Shown: positions 63,901-64,000 of the stretch, one piece after another
Numbering within the stretch: position 1 is the first letter of the stretch
Layout of the letters: each line of letters opens with the position of its first letter
Origin: Lingula anatina
Taxonomy: Eukaryota > Animalia > Brachiopoda
Length of the DNA stretch: 64,000 nt
Direction: 5' to 3'
Assembly: GCA_051362555.1 (NCBI GenBank)
Contig: CM120640.1
Span: 39,100,788-39,164,787, forward strand
The notes under the pieces: model-generated
Told to the model about the DNA's origin: nothing
What the model saw: the letters and a program-made list of their open reading frames with translations, nothing else
The model's database searches: none
Position numbers and translations under genes: made by a program

Positions 63901-64000
63901 TAATCCGCTGGATCATTAGTGAGGTGACAGCTTTGTGGCGCATGCACGCGGTGAAGAACCCTCCACCCGAAGATCCTAGTGATGAAACCTACCAAGAGTA
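54981..64000 (+). CDS. ADGB: Androglobin (calpain-like N-terminal region), 5' partial; continues beyond the window
   Basis: Exons 54981-55045 (MASKTAKKKE...), 56479-56569 (..KIPLWPEWSDADINNEKW), 58413-58463 (EAAHGKGKEKDKGKSPV), 61865-61963 (VQHFFDDPEGKIELPQSLKVDTWKRP..), 62600-62680 (QPVVV..FDLLSANEHLHDSE) and 63900->64000 (LIRWIISEV..). This matches the vertebrate ADGB N-terminus as I recall it (MASKQTKKKE..FPLWPEWSEADINSEKW..HFFEDPEGKIELP..WKRP..FDLFSANEHL..MRWIISE). Confidence 0.95.
56259..56338 (+). CDS. Candidate alternative first coding exon V12 inside canonical intron 1 (MKKRTFQDIGKKYVTLFTSLKNLKAL-R)
   Basis: ATG 56259 to CTTAG|gtaaca; 80 nt, phase 2; 140 nt upstream of the exon 2 acceptor. 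Confidence 0.5.
62063..62215. mobile_element. MITE with 14-bp TIRs and a 5-bp TSD in ADGB intron 4
   Basis: ctggggtagcgcta ... tagcgctaccccag, flanked by ATATT at 62058-62062 and 62216-62220. Confidence 0.85.

Overview
This is AT-rich, intron-rich animal genomic DNA. It looks like an invertebrate, possibly a lophotrochozoan or mollusc, but that is inference from composition and gene content only. From left to right: (1) the 5' coding exon of a secreted MOLO1/TPM-like protein (- strand, runs off the window); (2) two tandem - strand GT4 glycosyltransferase genes that resemble cyanobacterial sucrose-phosphate synthase / MshA-type enzymes. Their catalytic regions are intronless, but each appears to have a 5' spliceosomal intron and a TATA-like promoter, which suggests domesticated horizontal transfer; (3) a complete 7-exon RPAIN (+); (4) a complete 9-exon ecto-5'-nucleotidase (NT5E/CD73-like, -) with no obvious GPI tail; (5) the 5' part of androglobin (ADGB, +). 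The most striking structure is a ~27 kb array (29.7-56.3 kb) of about 12 candidate ATG-initiated first exons. All end in a phase-2 GT donor that is frame-compatible with ADGB exon 2, and they encode unrelated basic, disordered N-termini rich in RRxS motifs. This resembles a protocadherin/UGT1/plectin-style variable-first-exon system. Several MITEs and simple repeats are also present. All splice models were made by eye and have no transcript support.
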